Positions 9,727 through 19,255 of a DNA stretch of 32,000 bases are shown one piece after another (position 1 is the first letter of the stretch; each line of letters opens with the position of its first letter). The position numbers and the translations under genes are program-made. The stretch lies in NCBI RefSeq assembly GCF_000284455.1, contig NC_017039.1, positions 3,150,001 to 3,182,000 of the forward strand, read 5' to 3'. This DNA comes from Synechocystis sp. PCC 6803 substr. PCC-P. GTDB taxonomy: Bacteria > Cyanobacteriota > Cyanobacteriia > Cyanobacteriales > Microcystaceae. Below the pieces are notes generated by a model that did no database searches, was not told where the DNA came from, and saw only the letters and a list, made by a program, of their open reading frames with translations.

Positions 9727-10503
9727 TTAAGGATTATTCTCGTTTTTTTGCGGTAAGTTTCTTGCTTTGTAGAACAGTTCTAAACTTTGGCGATCGCCGA
9801 CGTAACGCCAATGCCAGGGTTCGTAGGCAATGCCCTGGGGATTATCCGGGGGAAAAGACAATTCAAAACTGTATTTGGCCGCATTATTTTGGAGCCAATT
9901 AAAGGCTTTCGTTTGGGCAAAACTTGCACTTAAATGAGTAGCCTGGGCACTGCCATCGCCAATATCCACCGCATAGCCGGTGTGATGTTCGCTGTAACCG
10001 GGGGGGGCACTGACTTCGGCCCGCTGTCGAGCCTCTTGATTGCGCTGTTGTTTGATGTCAAAAAAAAGTTGTTCCTGCTCGGTCACAGTGCGAAAGGCGG
10101 AAATGGGGACAAGGGAAATGCCCTGGGCCTTGGCATCCCGTTGCATAAGCAAAAATTGGTCAGCGGCGGCCTGGCGTAACTTTAAACGGCCGTCGGGGGT
10201 AATATTTTTCAACTCCCCCAGGGGAGCCTCTTCATAGGGCAAGTGCCCCAACAGGTTATCAATGGGGGTTGCCGTGGGGGTGGGACTTGGTTCTGTCACC
10301 ACTTCCGGTGCGGGCTCGGGCCTGGGCCACAGGGCCAACAACGTCAATAAAGCCAGAATAATTATCCCCAAGCCGGCCGCGATTAATTTCAGCGGTATGG
10401 GGGACAAGGGTTGGGACTGGGGCGACCCCGCTGGATTGTCCCGAATTACTTCCGGGATGTCATCCTGGTTGACGTTAAAGGAAGATTTTGGTTTTTTACC
10501 CAT
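9727..10503 (-). CDS. Membrane-anchored D-alanyl-D-alanine carboxypeptidase, VanY family
   Basis: 258-aa ORF with N-terminal TM (LIAAGLGIIILALLTLLALW) and VanY motifs LVPISAFRTVTEQEQLFF, SAPPGYSEHHTGYAVDIGDG, GIAYEPWHWRYVGD. Confidence 0.9.
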   Translation of the reverse strand: MGKKPKSSFNVNQDDIPEVIRDNPAGSPQSQPLSPIPLKLIAAGLGIIILALLTLLALWPRPEPAPEVVTEPSPTPTATPIDNLLGHLPYEEAPLGELKNITPDGRLKLRQAAADQFLLMQRDAKAQGISLVPISAFRTVTEQEQLFFDIKQQRNQEARQRAEVSAPPGYSEHHTGYAVDIGDGSAQATHLSASFAQTKAFNWLQNNAAKYSFELSFPPDNPQGIAYEPWHWRYVGDRQSLELFYKARNLPQKNENNP

Positions 10504-10565
10504 GCAGTTGGCGATCGTTGCAGCTCATTGCTTGGCCCCATTGTGCCAGAGAATGTTGGCGGTCA

Positions 10566-12071
10566 TCACCGTACCCCCAAATCTACCGCTAGGCGATGGG
10601 CACAGGCAAAACCAGAAAAAGCGACGGCGTTCAAACCCTGGCCTGGAAAAGTACTATCGCCAACGCAATATAGGCCCGGTATGGCGGTGCGGTTGAAAGG
10701 CATGGGCAGTAAACCCGGTAAGCGACGGCGGGGGATGGGGCCATAGGTGCCATTTTGTCGCCCTAAAAAGCGGCGGTGACTACGGGGGGTGCCGATTTCC
10801 ATATAATCCAGTGCCCGATCAAGTCCGGGAAAAATGGCTTCCAGGCGGTCGATTAATTTACCAGAATCGGCTTCTTTTTTGGCTTCGTATTCCTGGGGGG
10901 AAAGATTTTGCCAGGATTCGAGCCAACTGGGGGTGAAGGTGTGGATGATGTGGTAACCGTCGGGAGCCAAGCTGGGGTCGAGGAGGGTGGGAATGGAGAC
11001 AAAAATGGTGCCCTGTTCCTTTTCTAAATCATCCCAGTCCTCCAGCAAAATGTGGTGACATTCTGTTCCTTCTGGTAATAGATCCGCTTCTACCCCCAGA
11101 TGCAAGCTGAGGAAACTGGGGGACTGTTGATAATTTCTGCGCCACCGTTTTTCCTTCCCAGGTAGGGGCTGATCTCCCGTTAACGCCCCGAAGGTATCCC
11201 AGCGGGTAGCATTGGAGACGATGCGCCGGCCATAAATTTTTTCACCGTTGGCCAGTTCCACCCCGATCGCCTGGTTATTTTCCTGAATAATTTTGGTTAC
11301 CCTGGCTCCGTAACGAATTTTGCCACCGAATTTTTCTAGCCCAGCTACTAGACTTTCGGCAATTTGTCCCACGCCCCCCTTGGGATAGTTAATGCCCCCG
11401 TAATGGCGATCGGAAAAGACCATGCCGGCATTGATCATGGGGGTTAAGTCCGCCGGCACTACGGACCAGCAATAGCATTCCATATCGATAAATTTCAGTA
11501 AATCCGGGTCTTGGATATGGCGGCGGGCAATGTCCCCCACATTTTGGGGTAAATATTTCACTAAACCCAGACATGCCCCCGGATGCTGAAAAAATACCCG
11601 CATCAGGTAACGGGGTTCCTCCAGGGAGAGCAATTCCATGGTGTTGAGGCAGTTAAATACTTGCCAACATTCATCATAGAAGCGGCGGATACCCTGGGCT
11701 TCCTGAGGAAATTTGGCGATTAACTCCTGTAAAAAAGCTTCGTACTCCCGATGAACTTTGGGGTCTAGCCCCCCCGGCAAATGGTAATGAATTTGCACTG
11801 GGTCGGGGAGAGTTTCCAATGCCTGTCCCACAGCGGCTAAGGCCCTGGTTAATAAGTTAGTAGTACCCCGATCGCCGAAACCAAAAATCATTGAGGCCCC
11901 CACATCAAAGCGATAACCTTCCCGCTCAAAATAACCAGCACTGCCGCCGGGGATGAGGTAACGCTCTAGTACCAATACTTTCAAACCCTTGGATACCAAC
12001 TGGGTGGCGGTGACCAATCCCCCAATGCCGGAGCCGATTACTATTGCGTCGTAGGAAGGGGAAACAGTCAT
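10566..12071 (-). CDS. crtH: Carotenoid cis-trans isomerase CrtH (CrtI-like FAD oxidoreductase)
   Basis: 501-aa ORF with [51 protein letters not shown] (Rossmann FAD motif) and C-terminal [29 protein letters not shown]. Confidence 0.92.
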   Translation of the reverse strand: MTVSPSYDAIVIGSGIGGLVTATQLVSKGLKVLVLERYLIPGGSAGYFEREGYRFDVGASMIFGFGDRGTTNLLTRALAAVGQALETLPDPVQIHYHLPGGLDPKVHREYEAFLQELIAKFPQEAQGIRRFYDECWQVFNCLNTMELLSLEEPRYLMRVFFQHPGACLGLVKYLPQNVGDIARRHIQDPDLLKFIDMECYCWSVVPADLTPMINAGMVFSDRHYGGINYPKGGVGQIAESLVAGLEKFGGKIRYGARVTKIIQENNQAIGVELANGEKIYGRRIVSNATRWDTFGALTGDQPLPGKEKRWRRNYQQSPSFLSLHLGVEADLLPEGTECHHILLEDWDDLEKEQGTIFVSIPTLLDPSLAPDGYHIIHTFTPSWLESWQNLSPQEYEAKKEADSGKLIDRLEAIFPGLDRALDYMEIGTPRSHRRFLGRQNGTYGPIPRRRLPGLLPMPFNRTAIPGLYCVGDSTFPGQGLNAVAFSGFACAHRLAVDLGVR

Positions 12072-12231
12072 GGTTTCTTGGTCTGGTTAGGGCAAAAAGT
12101 TAACAACGGACACGGAGCAATCCAACTAATCAGTTTAAGGTTTTGCCGCCAAAAAAACAGGGAGCACTCGATCGCCGAGCCACCCCCTACTGAATCCTTG
12201 AGAAGAGAACACTGTGAAATCACTATACAGA

Positions 12232-13419
12232 TTACTGCAAATTATTGTCAATATTGTTGGAGACATTCTCCGAAAATGTCCGACGTTCCTTCCAGGGTTG
12301 CACCAAAGACTGGGCCAAGGCGATCGCCTGCTGGAGTAAATCGGGATAATCTTCCAAATGGAGTGGGGCAAGGGGATTCTGCTGTCTAGCTTCTGCCGCC
12401 TGCAACACCGGGGCAATGAGGGTGCGAGCGCAACTGCCAAAAGCAACGCCATTAACCATTCGTTTTGATTGGTGAACAGAAAAGTCTTGGGAGCTTAACT
12501 TGGTGATAGTGTGGCAATTGGTGCCCCCGGCCAACTGCACAAACCCCGATAGGGAAGATTGCAGCACCTGATCAGCGTAGTGGAGACAAAGATGGGTAGT
12601 ACCCCGGCCAATGTCCCCACTCATGGGCCTGCCATCGGTTTGCCAAATTGTCGGCATTGCTAATGGCCCCAGCCAGCCAGAGATGGTTTGCAGATACTCC
12701 ACCGCCTCGGCATGGTAGGGGCAACTAATGGCGATCGCCTGGAGTTGAGTCAATACCGGAGCCAGACTACGCCAGAGTTGCTGAAACCGTTCTTCATGTC
12801 CCACCTGGGTATGGATTTCCAGGGCAGCGATTTGTCCCAACTCCAACCAAGGGACCAGACTAGTCACCGTTGCTTGATGAGAATAAGTAGTAATAATTCC
12901 CTGGGGACAGATGGGTAAACAGCGGCCACAACCGTAACATTTTTCCGCCCACACTCCTGTGGGGACAACTTCATCAGCATCACTGGTGATCGCCCAAGCT
13001 GGACAAACCTGAGCACAGGGTCGGGGACAATCCGGAGGACACTTTTGGGGATCAAACTGGGCTTTGCGAAAATGGGGATCTTCCCCATCATTGAGGCTCA
13101 CCATCAACCAAGGGGGTTGGATCGAATAGTCAAATGTTTCAACTTCATAGTGAGAGGAATTGGCTAAAGATAAAGCAACTTTGATGCCTTCCTGGGCCAC
13201 CCGCACCACCGCCGGATCCGCTGCCAAGTCAATACAGTCTACCCCTGCCAACGTGTAGACCAAGACTAAATTTCGAATGGCAGTTAAATCCTGATAGCTA
13301 GCTCCACAAATTAATTTCACCCAGCGTCCCCGCTCCAGGGATTGCCTGGGGCCATGGTATTGGTGGCCAGGGAAATTGTCTGTTTTCCCGGAGATAAGTG
13401 AAATTTCGCTACTTGTCAC
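12232..13419 (-). CDS. ldpA: LdpA-like iron-sulfur protein (light-dependent circadian period protein family)
   Basis: 395-aa ORF, GTG start in the track. Ferredoxin-like cysteine clusters CPPDCPRPCAQVCPAW and CYGCGRCLPICPQG; GRWVKLICGASYQDLTAIRNL N-terminus matches what I know of LdpA. Confidence 0.75.
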   Translation of the reverse strand: MTSSEISLISGKTDNFPGHQYHGPRQSLERGRWVKLICGASYQDLTAIRNLVLVYTLAGVDCIDLAADPAVVRVAQEGIKVALSLANSSHYEVETFDYSIQPPWLMVSLNDGEDPHFRKAQFDPQKCPPDCPRPCAQVCPAWAITSDADEVVPTGVWAEKCYGCGRCLPICPQGIITTYSHQATVTSLVPWLELGQIAALEIHTQVGHEERFQQLWRSLAPVLTQLQAIAISCPYHAEAVEYLQTISGWLGPLAMPTIWQTDGRPMSGDIGRGTTHLCLHYADQVLQSSLSGFVQLAGGTNCHTITKLSSQDFSVHQSKRMVNGVAFGSCARTLIAPVLQAAEARQQNPLAPLHLEDYPDLLQQAIALAQSLVQPWKERRTFSENVSNNIDNNLQ

Positions 13420-13871
13420 AGAACCAAAGCACTCCCCGACACGTCAACAATGCCCAGAGCAATTCACGGAAAGGTTTAGGGTAAACTATATCCTACAACC
13501 AAGTTCGAGAACCTTCTGCTGTCGGGCGGATAGTGGAAGCAAAAACAAAATGCCTGTGGATTCGGTCTGACTTAGGGTTAACCCATCAGGAGTCTAAACC
13601 CAGTTAAGAGGAGTAGAGACAGGAATCTCCGTCCCTGCCGATTGGCTTGGAGGGGGAGCGTCCACAGTCCCAGGGGCGGCACAAACAGTCTTCTTGTTCC
13701 GACATTGGGTAAAGTTGCTTGCGGGAAATTTTTTCCACGCCTCAAACTTGAGTGAGTCTAATTTGATTTGGCCATTGCTGTAACAACCGGAACCGCCCTA
13801 GGAAACTGGGTTATGCCACGGTTTTTCCATGGGAGCACAGAGAAGTCCACCCTGTCCTTAGTTTTGCCATT

Positions 13872-14276
13872 TTGCCCATGTCTAGCACTGCCATTAGCCA
13901 GCTCCAGCCCGCCGATAAAAGGGAGGTAATCGTTTACCAACCTTACTACCCGGATAAAAATAAACAAAAGTTGTTGCCGTTGGCCCTTGCTCTTTACCAA
14001 TTGGGGCAAGTGGAAGGGGCCCGGCGCATTGAGGGGGGGGAAAATCTTTCCTTTGTGGCCACTTGGTTTGTGTCCCGTTTACCCTCGGAACTGACTCGCT
14101 GCCGGATGCAATTCGATGGGCAGGCGGATTTGAGTTATGAAATGACTGTGCTCAATTCAGAGTTTATGGACTATTTGATTGATCTAATTGCGGGATACGA
14201 GGAGAGTAAGAATATTGACTTTCCGCAAAATTTTTACCGTAAGCTTTTGCGGTTAGACGATGTTTCTACCCTTTAG
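13872..14276 (+). CDS. Conserved small cyanobacterial protein of unknown or weakly known function (possibly EbsA-like; tentative)
   Basis: 134-aa ORF. Sequence looks like a genuine conserved soluble protein (QPADKREVIVYQPYYPDKNKQKLLPLALALYQLGQVEGARRIEGGENLSFVATWFVSRLPSELTRCRMQFDG). EbsA assignment is from memory only. Confidence 0.6.
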   Translation: MPMSSTAISQLQPADKREVIVYQPYYPDKNKQKLLPLALALYQLGQVEGARRIEGGENLSFVATWFVSRLPSELTRCRMQFDGQADLSYEMTVLNSEFMDYLIDLIAGYEESKNIDFPQNFYRKLLRLDDVSTL

Positions 14277-14434
14277 CTCGTCCCAGAGTGCCTATCATTA
14301 ATCAGAGGAAACTGAGCTTTGGTCATGCAGGGGTATCTATCAAGCCAGTTTTTCACCAATGCCGTCGCTAAATTAATCAAAATAGCCCAGCAGTCAAATT
14401 TTTTTACCTAGTCCATCTAGTCAGGAGCGTTCCA

Positions 14435-15508
14435 GTGGCCAATTCACCCCAATGTTTATTAGTCGGGTCTTTGGAGCCCTACAGCGGCAAATCGGGGATT
14501 ATTCTCGGTTTGGCCCGGCTTTTGCAACAACAGGGCATGGCGATCGCCTACGGCAAGCCCATTGGTACGGCCATGAATAAGGCGGCGGCAGCCCTGGAAG
14601 AAGCAGACATTGAATTTATTAGCCAGAGTTTGGAGTTGGCACCAGCCCAGGTGCGTAAACCCCTGGTATTTTTGGACGAAAAGACCATTACCCGACGCCT
14701 CCAAGGCCAGGATCAAACTAATTATGCCGAAGCCCTAGAGGCATCCATCCAAGGTCTAACGGCGGATTTAGTTTTGTTGGAAGGTCCAGGCAATCTCTGG
14801 GAAGGTAGTTTATTCGGGCTTTCCTTTTCTGAATTAGCGGCCAAAATTAACGCTGCAGTGCTGTTGGTGGGTCGCTACCATTCCCCCTTGGTGGTGGATG
14901 GCCTCCTCAAAGCTCGACAAACCCTGGGGGATAGCCTCAAAGGGGTGGTGATCAATGACATTCCCCTGGAGGCCTTGCCGGAGACCAAAGATTTGGTCAA
15001 GCCTTTTTTGGAAAGCCATGGTATTGCGGTGCTTGGTCTGTTGGCGGAAGACCGTTTGCTCAGAAGCGTTAGTGTGCGGGAACTAGCCCATCAACTAAAT
15101 GCCAAAGTCCTCTGTAGTGAAGAGCATCTGGATTTGATGGTGGAGAGTCTCACCATTGGGGCTATGAACGTTAACTCTGCCCTGGAATATTTCCGTCAAG
15201 GGGAAAATAAAGCTGTGGTCACCGGCGGCGATCGTACCGATTTACAACTAGCTGCCCTAGAAACCTCCACCAGTTGCTTAATTTTGACTGGCCACGCCGG
15301 ACCTCAACCCCTGATTATCAGCCGAGCCCAGGATTTAGAAATTCCCATCCTCTCTGTGGACCAAGACACCCTAACCACCGTGGAAATTGTTGATCAGGCC
15401 TTTGGTAATGTACGCCTGCAAGAACCAGTCAAGGTGCAATGTATCCAACAGTTGATTGCCACCCATTTTGATCTCCAAGCCTTTCAGGAAATCATGGCTA
15501 AGGGTTAG
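14435..15508 (+). CDS. BioD-like P-loop / phosphotransacetylase N-terminal family protein with DRTGG domain
   Basis: 357-aa ORF with [38 protein letters not shown] (P-loop-like), [23 protein letters not shown]; C-terminal half [28 protein letters not shown] fits DRTGG. Confidence 0.75.
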
Positions 15509-15566
15509 CCTGACTTATCTCCCATTATCTTTAGTTCATCCCTAGATCTCCCCACAATAAAGGGCT

Positions 15567-15598
15567 GTTCTCCAATTTTCCCCCAAGCTTTGGAGAAC
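15567..15598. terminator. Inverted repeat between convergent genes, candidate bidirectional transcription terminator
   Basis: Perfect 9-bp arms GTTCTCCAA (15567-15575) and TTGGAGAAC (15590-15598), 14-nt loop, lying between the convergent ends at 15508 and 15715. No clear T-tract. Confidence 0.35.
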
Positions 15599-15714
15599 CG
15601 GGGGGCGTTGAAAACAATCTTTGAGGCGTAGTGGTCGGCAAAGTTTCCCGATTATCAATGGGCTAATGGGCAGCGTTGATCTCTGTCAGCCGGAGCTTTC
15701 GGCAACGATGGTTT

Positions 15715-16629
15715 TTAAAAAATTTGGGCAATGGAAACTGCTTCATCATGGGCAAACAAATAATCTAAAAAAGTTTGGGCCACAATGGATAATTGCTTCG
15801 ATTTTTGATAAATAATATACCAGTGTTTTTGTAAGGGAAATCCTTCCACGTCTAGCACCGCTAGGGGGCCATTGATTCCCTCCAATGCCAAAGAATACAG
15901 CGATAAAATTGAGATTCCCAGCCCACCATAAACTGCCTGTTTAATGGCTTCATTACTACTAATCTCCATCTCTACATTCATTTTTAGGCGGTTTTCGCTG
16001 AAAAATTCTTCCACTGCCATTCTGGTTCCAGAGCCTGATTCCCTCATAATCAAGGGTTCATTGACTAGTCTTTCCAAAGAAATTTTCTTTTCCTTGACTA
16101 ATGGGTGCTGGCGAGACGCAATTACCACGAGGGGATTTTCTAAAAAGTGGCGGATATTAATATCAAGATTTGAGGGCGGTTTACCCAAAAAGTATAAATC
16201 GTCTAAATTATTCGCCAAACGCTCCAAAATTTGTTGACGATTGCCAATTTGTAGAGAGATGGAAATGCCTGGATATTGTTGACGAAATTCCCCCAAAAGT
16301 CGTGGCACAAAATATTTGCCTGTGGTAATAGTTGCTAGGCGCAGGTTACCTTTTTTTAAGCCCTGGAGGTCAGCAATCACTTCCTGCAATTGATCCAGGC
16401 AAGAGGTAATGTTTTTGCTAGCGTCTAAAACCGCTTGTCCTGCTTCGGTTAAATAGATTTTTCGGCCAATTTGTTCATAAAGCGGCACCCCGATCGCCTT
16501 GGTGAGTTGCTTCATCTGCTGGGAAACCGTGGGCTGGGTCAGAAACAATTCCTCCGCCGCCTTGGTGAAACTCCCCGTCCTGGCGATCGCCGCAAAAACC
16601 TCAAATTGGTGGAGGGTGGCATTTTTCAT
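15715..16629 (-). CDS. cmpR: LysR-type transcriptional regulator CmpR/RbcR family
   Basis: 304-aa ORF with HTH HQFEVFAAIARTGSFTKAAEELFLTQPTVSQQMKQL, divergent from cmpA, the expected cmpR position. Confidence 0.88.
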   Translation of the reverse strand: MKNATLHQFEVFAAIARTGSFTKAAEELFLTQPTVSQQMKQLTKAIGVPLYEQIGRKIYLTEAGQAVLDASKNITSCLDQLQEVIADLQGLKKGNLRLATITTGKYFVPRLLGEFRQQYPGISISLQIGNRQQILERLANNLDDLYFLGKPPSNLDINIRHFLENPLVVIASRQHPLVKEKKISLERLVNEPLIMRESGSGTRMAVEEFFSENRLKMNVEMEISSNEAIKQAVYGGLGISILSLYSLALEGINGPLAVLDVEGFPLQKHWYIIYQKSKQLSIVAQTFLDYLFAHDEAVSIAQIF

Positions 16630-16691
16630 AGTGGATTAATTTTATAGACTACTTCTATAAATTACATAAAAAATTGGATATTTATCTATTT

Positions 16692-16705
16692 TTAGCTTTC
16701 CTTAA
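16692..16705 (+). promoter_or_regulatory. Candidate CmpR binding motif (TTA-N8-TAA)
   Basis: TTA GCTTTCCT TAA in the cmpR-cmpA divergent region; TTA-N7/8-TAA is the reported CmpR-type motif. Confidence 0.35.
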
Positions 16706-16881
16706 TAATCAGATCATTCAAGTCCCCTTGGATTAGTCATTGTCCTCGGGCAGGCAGTTTAAAGCGTCCCCTGGTTTACCTAGCCTAGGAGCCCCAGTGC
16801 TCTTCCGTAAACCGGGGATATCCATGGCGCTTATTTAATTTTTCTGTCTGCCTTTTTTCATAGAAAAAATCAATCAAAGTT

Positions 16882-18240
16882 ATGGGTTCATTCAATCGAC
16901 GTAAATTTTTGCTCACCTCCGCCGCCACTGCCACAGGGGCTTTATTTCTGAAGGGTTGTGCCGGCAATCCCCCCGATCCCAACGCCGCCAGCACCGGTAC
17001 TAACCCTTCTCCCCAAGCGGCCGGGGATATTAGCCCAGAAATGATGCCCGAAACCGCCAATATCAAACTAGGCTACATTCCCATTGTGGAAGCTGCCCCA
17101 TTGATCATTGCTCAAGAAAAAGGTTTCTTTGCCAAATATGGCATGACCGGTGTGGAAGTCTCCAAACAAGCCAACTGGGCCTCCGCTAGAGATAACGTCA
17201 CCATTGGTTCCCAGGGAGGCGGCATCGATGGCGGCCAATGGCAAATGCCCATGCCTCACCTGATTACGGAAGGGATCATTACCAATGGCAACAAGGTGCC
17301 CATGTATGTATTGGCCCAATTGATTACCCAGGGAAATGGTATTGCCGTAGCACCAATGCATGAAGGCAAAGGGGTAAACCTGGATATCACCAAAGCGGCG
17401 GACTATATCAAGGGCTTTAACAAAACCAATGGCCGCAAATTTAAGGCAGCCCACACCTTCCCTAACGTTAACCAAGATTTTTGGATTCGTTACTGGTTTG
17501 CGGCCGGAGGCGTTGATCCTGACACCGATATTGACCTACTGGCTGTGCCTCCCGCTGAAACAGTCCAGGGCATGCGCAACGGTACCATGGATGCTTTTAG
17601 CACTGGAGATCCTTGGCCCTATCGCATCGTGACAGAAAACATTGGCTACATGGCCGGTTTAACTGCCCAAATTTGGCCCTATCACCCGGAAGAGTACCTC
17701 GCCATTCGAGCGGATTGGGTAGATAAAAATCCCAAGGCAACCAAGGCATTACTGAAGGGAATTATGGAAGCCCAACAGTGGATTGATGACCCCAAAAATC
17801 GTCCTGAAGTTGTACAGATTGTGTCCGGTAGAAATTATTTCAATGTTCCCACCACCATTTTAGAGTCTCCCTTTAAAGGTCAATACACCATGGGAGATGG
17901 TCAGCCTGCCATTGATGATTTCCAAAAAGGTCCCCTCTACTGGAAGGACGGCATTGGCAATGTTTCCTACCCCTATAAGAGCCATGATTTATGGTTCCTC
18001 ACAGAAAGTATTCGTTGGGGTTTCCATAAAAACGCCATCCCCGATTTAGATACAGCTCAAAAAATTATTGACAAAGTTAATCGCGAAGATTTGTGGCGAG
18101 AAGCAGCAACGGAAGCTGGATTTACTGCCGACATTCCTAGCAGCACTTCCCGGGGCGTAGAAACGTTCTTTGATGGCATTACCTTTGACCCTGCTAATCC
18201 ATCGGCTTATCTGCAAAGTTTGGCAATCAAAAAAGTCTAA
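16882..18240 (+). CDS. cmpA: Bicarbonate-binding lipoprotein CmpA of the BCT1 ABC transporter
   Basis: 452-aa ORF with [23 protein letters not shown] (TAT-like/lipoprotein signal) and NrtA/CmpA family content [28 protein letters not shown]-type region, [16 protein letters not shown]. The cmpR-A-B-porin-C-D layout favours cmp over nrt. Confidence 0.9.
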
Positions 18241-18302
18241 CTAGCTATTAATTAAGCCATTTCATTGTTGATGATTAATCCATTACTATCAAGGAGACAA
18301 TA

Positions 18303-19145
18303 ATGACCACTACCATTTCCCAAAGGAAAAATCGGGCGGCGGGGGCCAATCCCCTACAAAAGTTTTGGCGTAAGCGTCGGGGTGACATTTTGCCCCCTAT
18401 ATTCGGAATCTTAGGCTTTTTATTGTTGTGGCAGTTAATTTCCAGCGCAGGTCTGATTAAACTTCCCCCCCCCAGCAGTTTGTGGACCGATCCCCGTACC
18501 CGCACCCTGTTGATGTATCCCTTTTACGACCAGGGCGGTTTGGATAAGGGGTTATTTTGGCAAACCCTCGCTAGTTTAGGGCGGGTTGCTCAAGGTTATT
18601 CCCTCGCCGCCATTGTTGGCATTAGCACGGGGATTTTGGTAGGTACTCAACCCTTGCTAGATAAGGCTCTTGATCCAATTTTTCAATTTCTACGGATGGT
18701 CGCTCCCTTGGCATGGGTTCCCATTGCTTTGGTGGCTCTCCAGCAAAATCAACCAGCGGCAATTTTCGTTATTTTCATTACCTCGGTGTGGCCGATTTTA
18801 ATTAATACAACGGAAGGGGTAAAACAGATTCCGCAGGATTATATTAATGTGCGTAAAGTGTTACGCTTGTCTCCCCAAAAGTTCTTCTTTAAAATTCTTA
18901 TTCCCTCAGCACTACCCTATATTTTTACCGGCTTACGAATTGCCATTGGTTTAGCTTGGTTGGCAATTATTGCAGCAGAAATTGTCATGTCAGGTATTGT
19001 CGGCATCGGCTTTTTTATCTGGGATGCCTATCAACAGAATTACATCAGCGAAATTATCTTGGCAGTGTTTTACATCGGTGCGGTGGGTTTACTCCTAGAC
19101 CGAGGCATTGCCTATCTCCAAAAGTTAATTGCCCCAGGACAATAA
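18303..19145 (+). CDS. cmpB: Bicarbonate ABC transporter permease CmpB
   Basis: 280-aa ORF with FLRMVAPLAWVPIALVALQQNQPAAIFVIFITSVWPILINTTEG and ILIPSALPYIFTGLRIAIGLAWLAIIAAEI, the NrtB/CmpB EAA-loop family. Confidence 0.9.
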   Translation: MTTTISQRKNRAAGANPLQKFWRKRRGDILPPIFGILGFLLLWQLISSAGLIKLPPPSSLWTDPRTRTLLMYPFYDQGGLDKGLFWQTLASLGRVAQGYSLAAIVGISTGILVGTQPLLDKALDPIFQFLRMVAPLAWVPIALVALQQNQPAAIFVIFITSVWPILINTTEGVKQIPQDYINVRKVLRLSPQKFFFKILIPSALPYIFTGLRIAIGLAWLAIIAAEIVMSGIVGIGFFIWDAYQQNYISEIILAVFYIGAVGLLLDRGIAYLQKLIAPGQ

Positions 19146-19255
19146 CAAACTCACCGACCTCAGGAGGTTAACAATTTGCCTTGGAGAAAAAAGGAGACCA
19201 CGGACTTTTTTTCACCGCTAACCATAAACGATCAAAATTAGAGGAATTCATCGCA

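Noticed and set aside
10262-10746. Plus-strand ORFs of 144 and 111 aa
   Set aside because: Antisense to the VanY-like gene and the end of crtH; low-information sequence.
12078-12452. Overlapping ORFs on both strands between crtH and the ldpA-like gene
   Set aside because: They run over the intergenic region and the 3' end of the ldpA-like gene, without domain content or a convincing start context.
16785-17066. 93-aa minus-strand ORF overlapping the cmpA start
   Set aside because: Overlaps the signal peptide region of cmpA and the inverted repeat leader; no homology signature.
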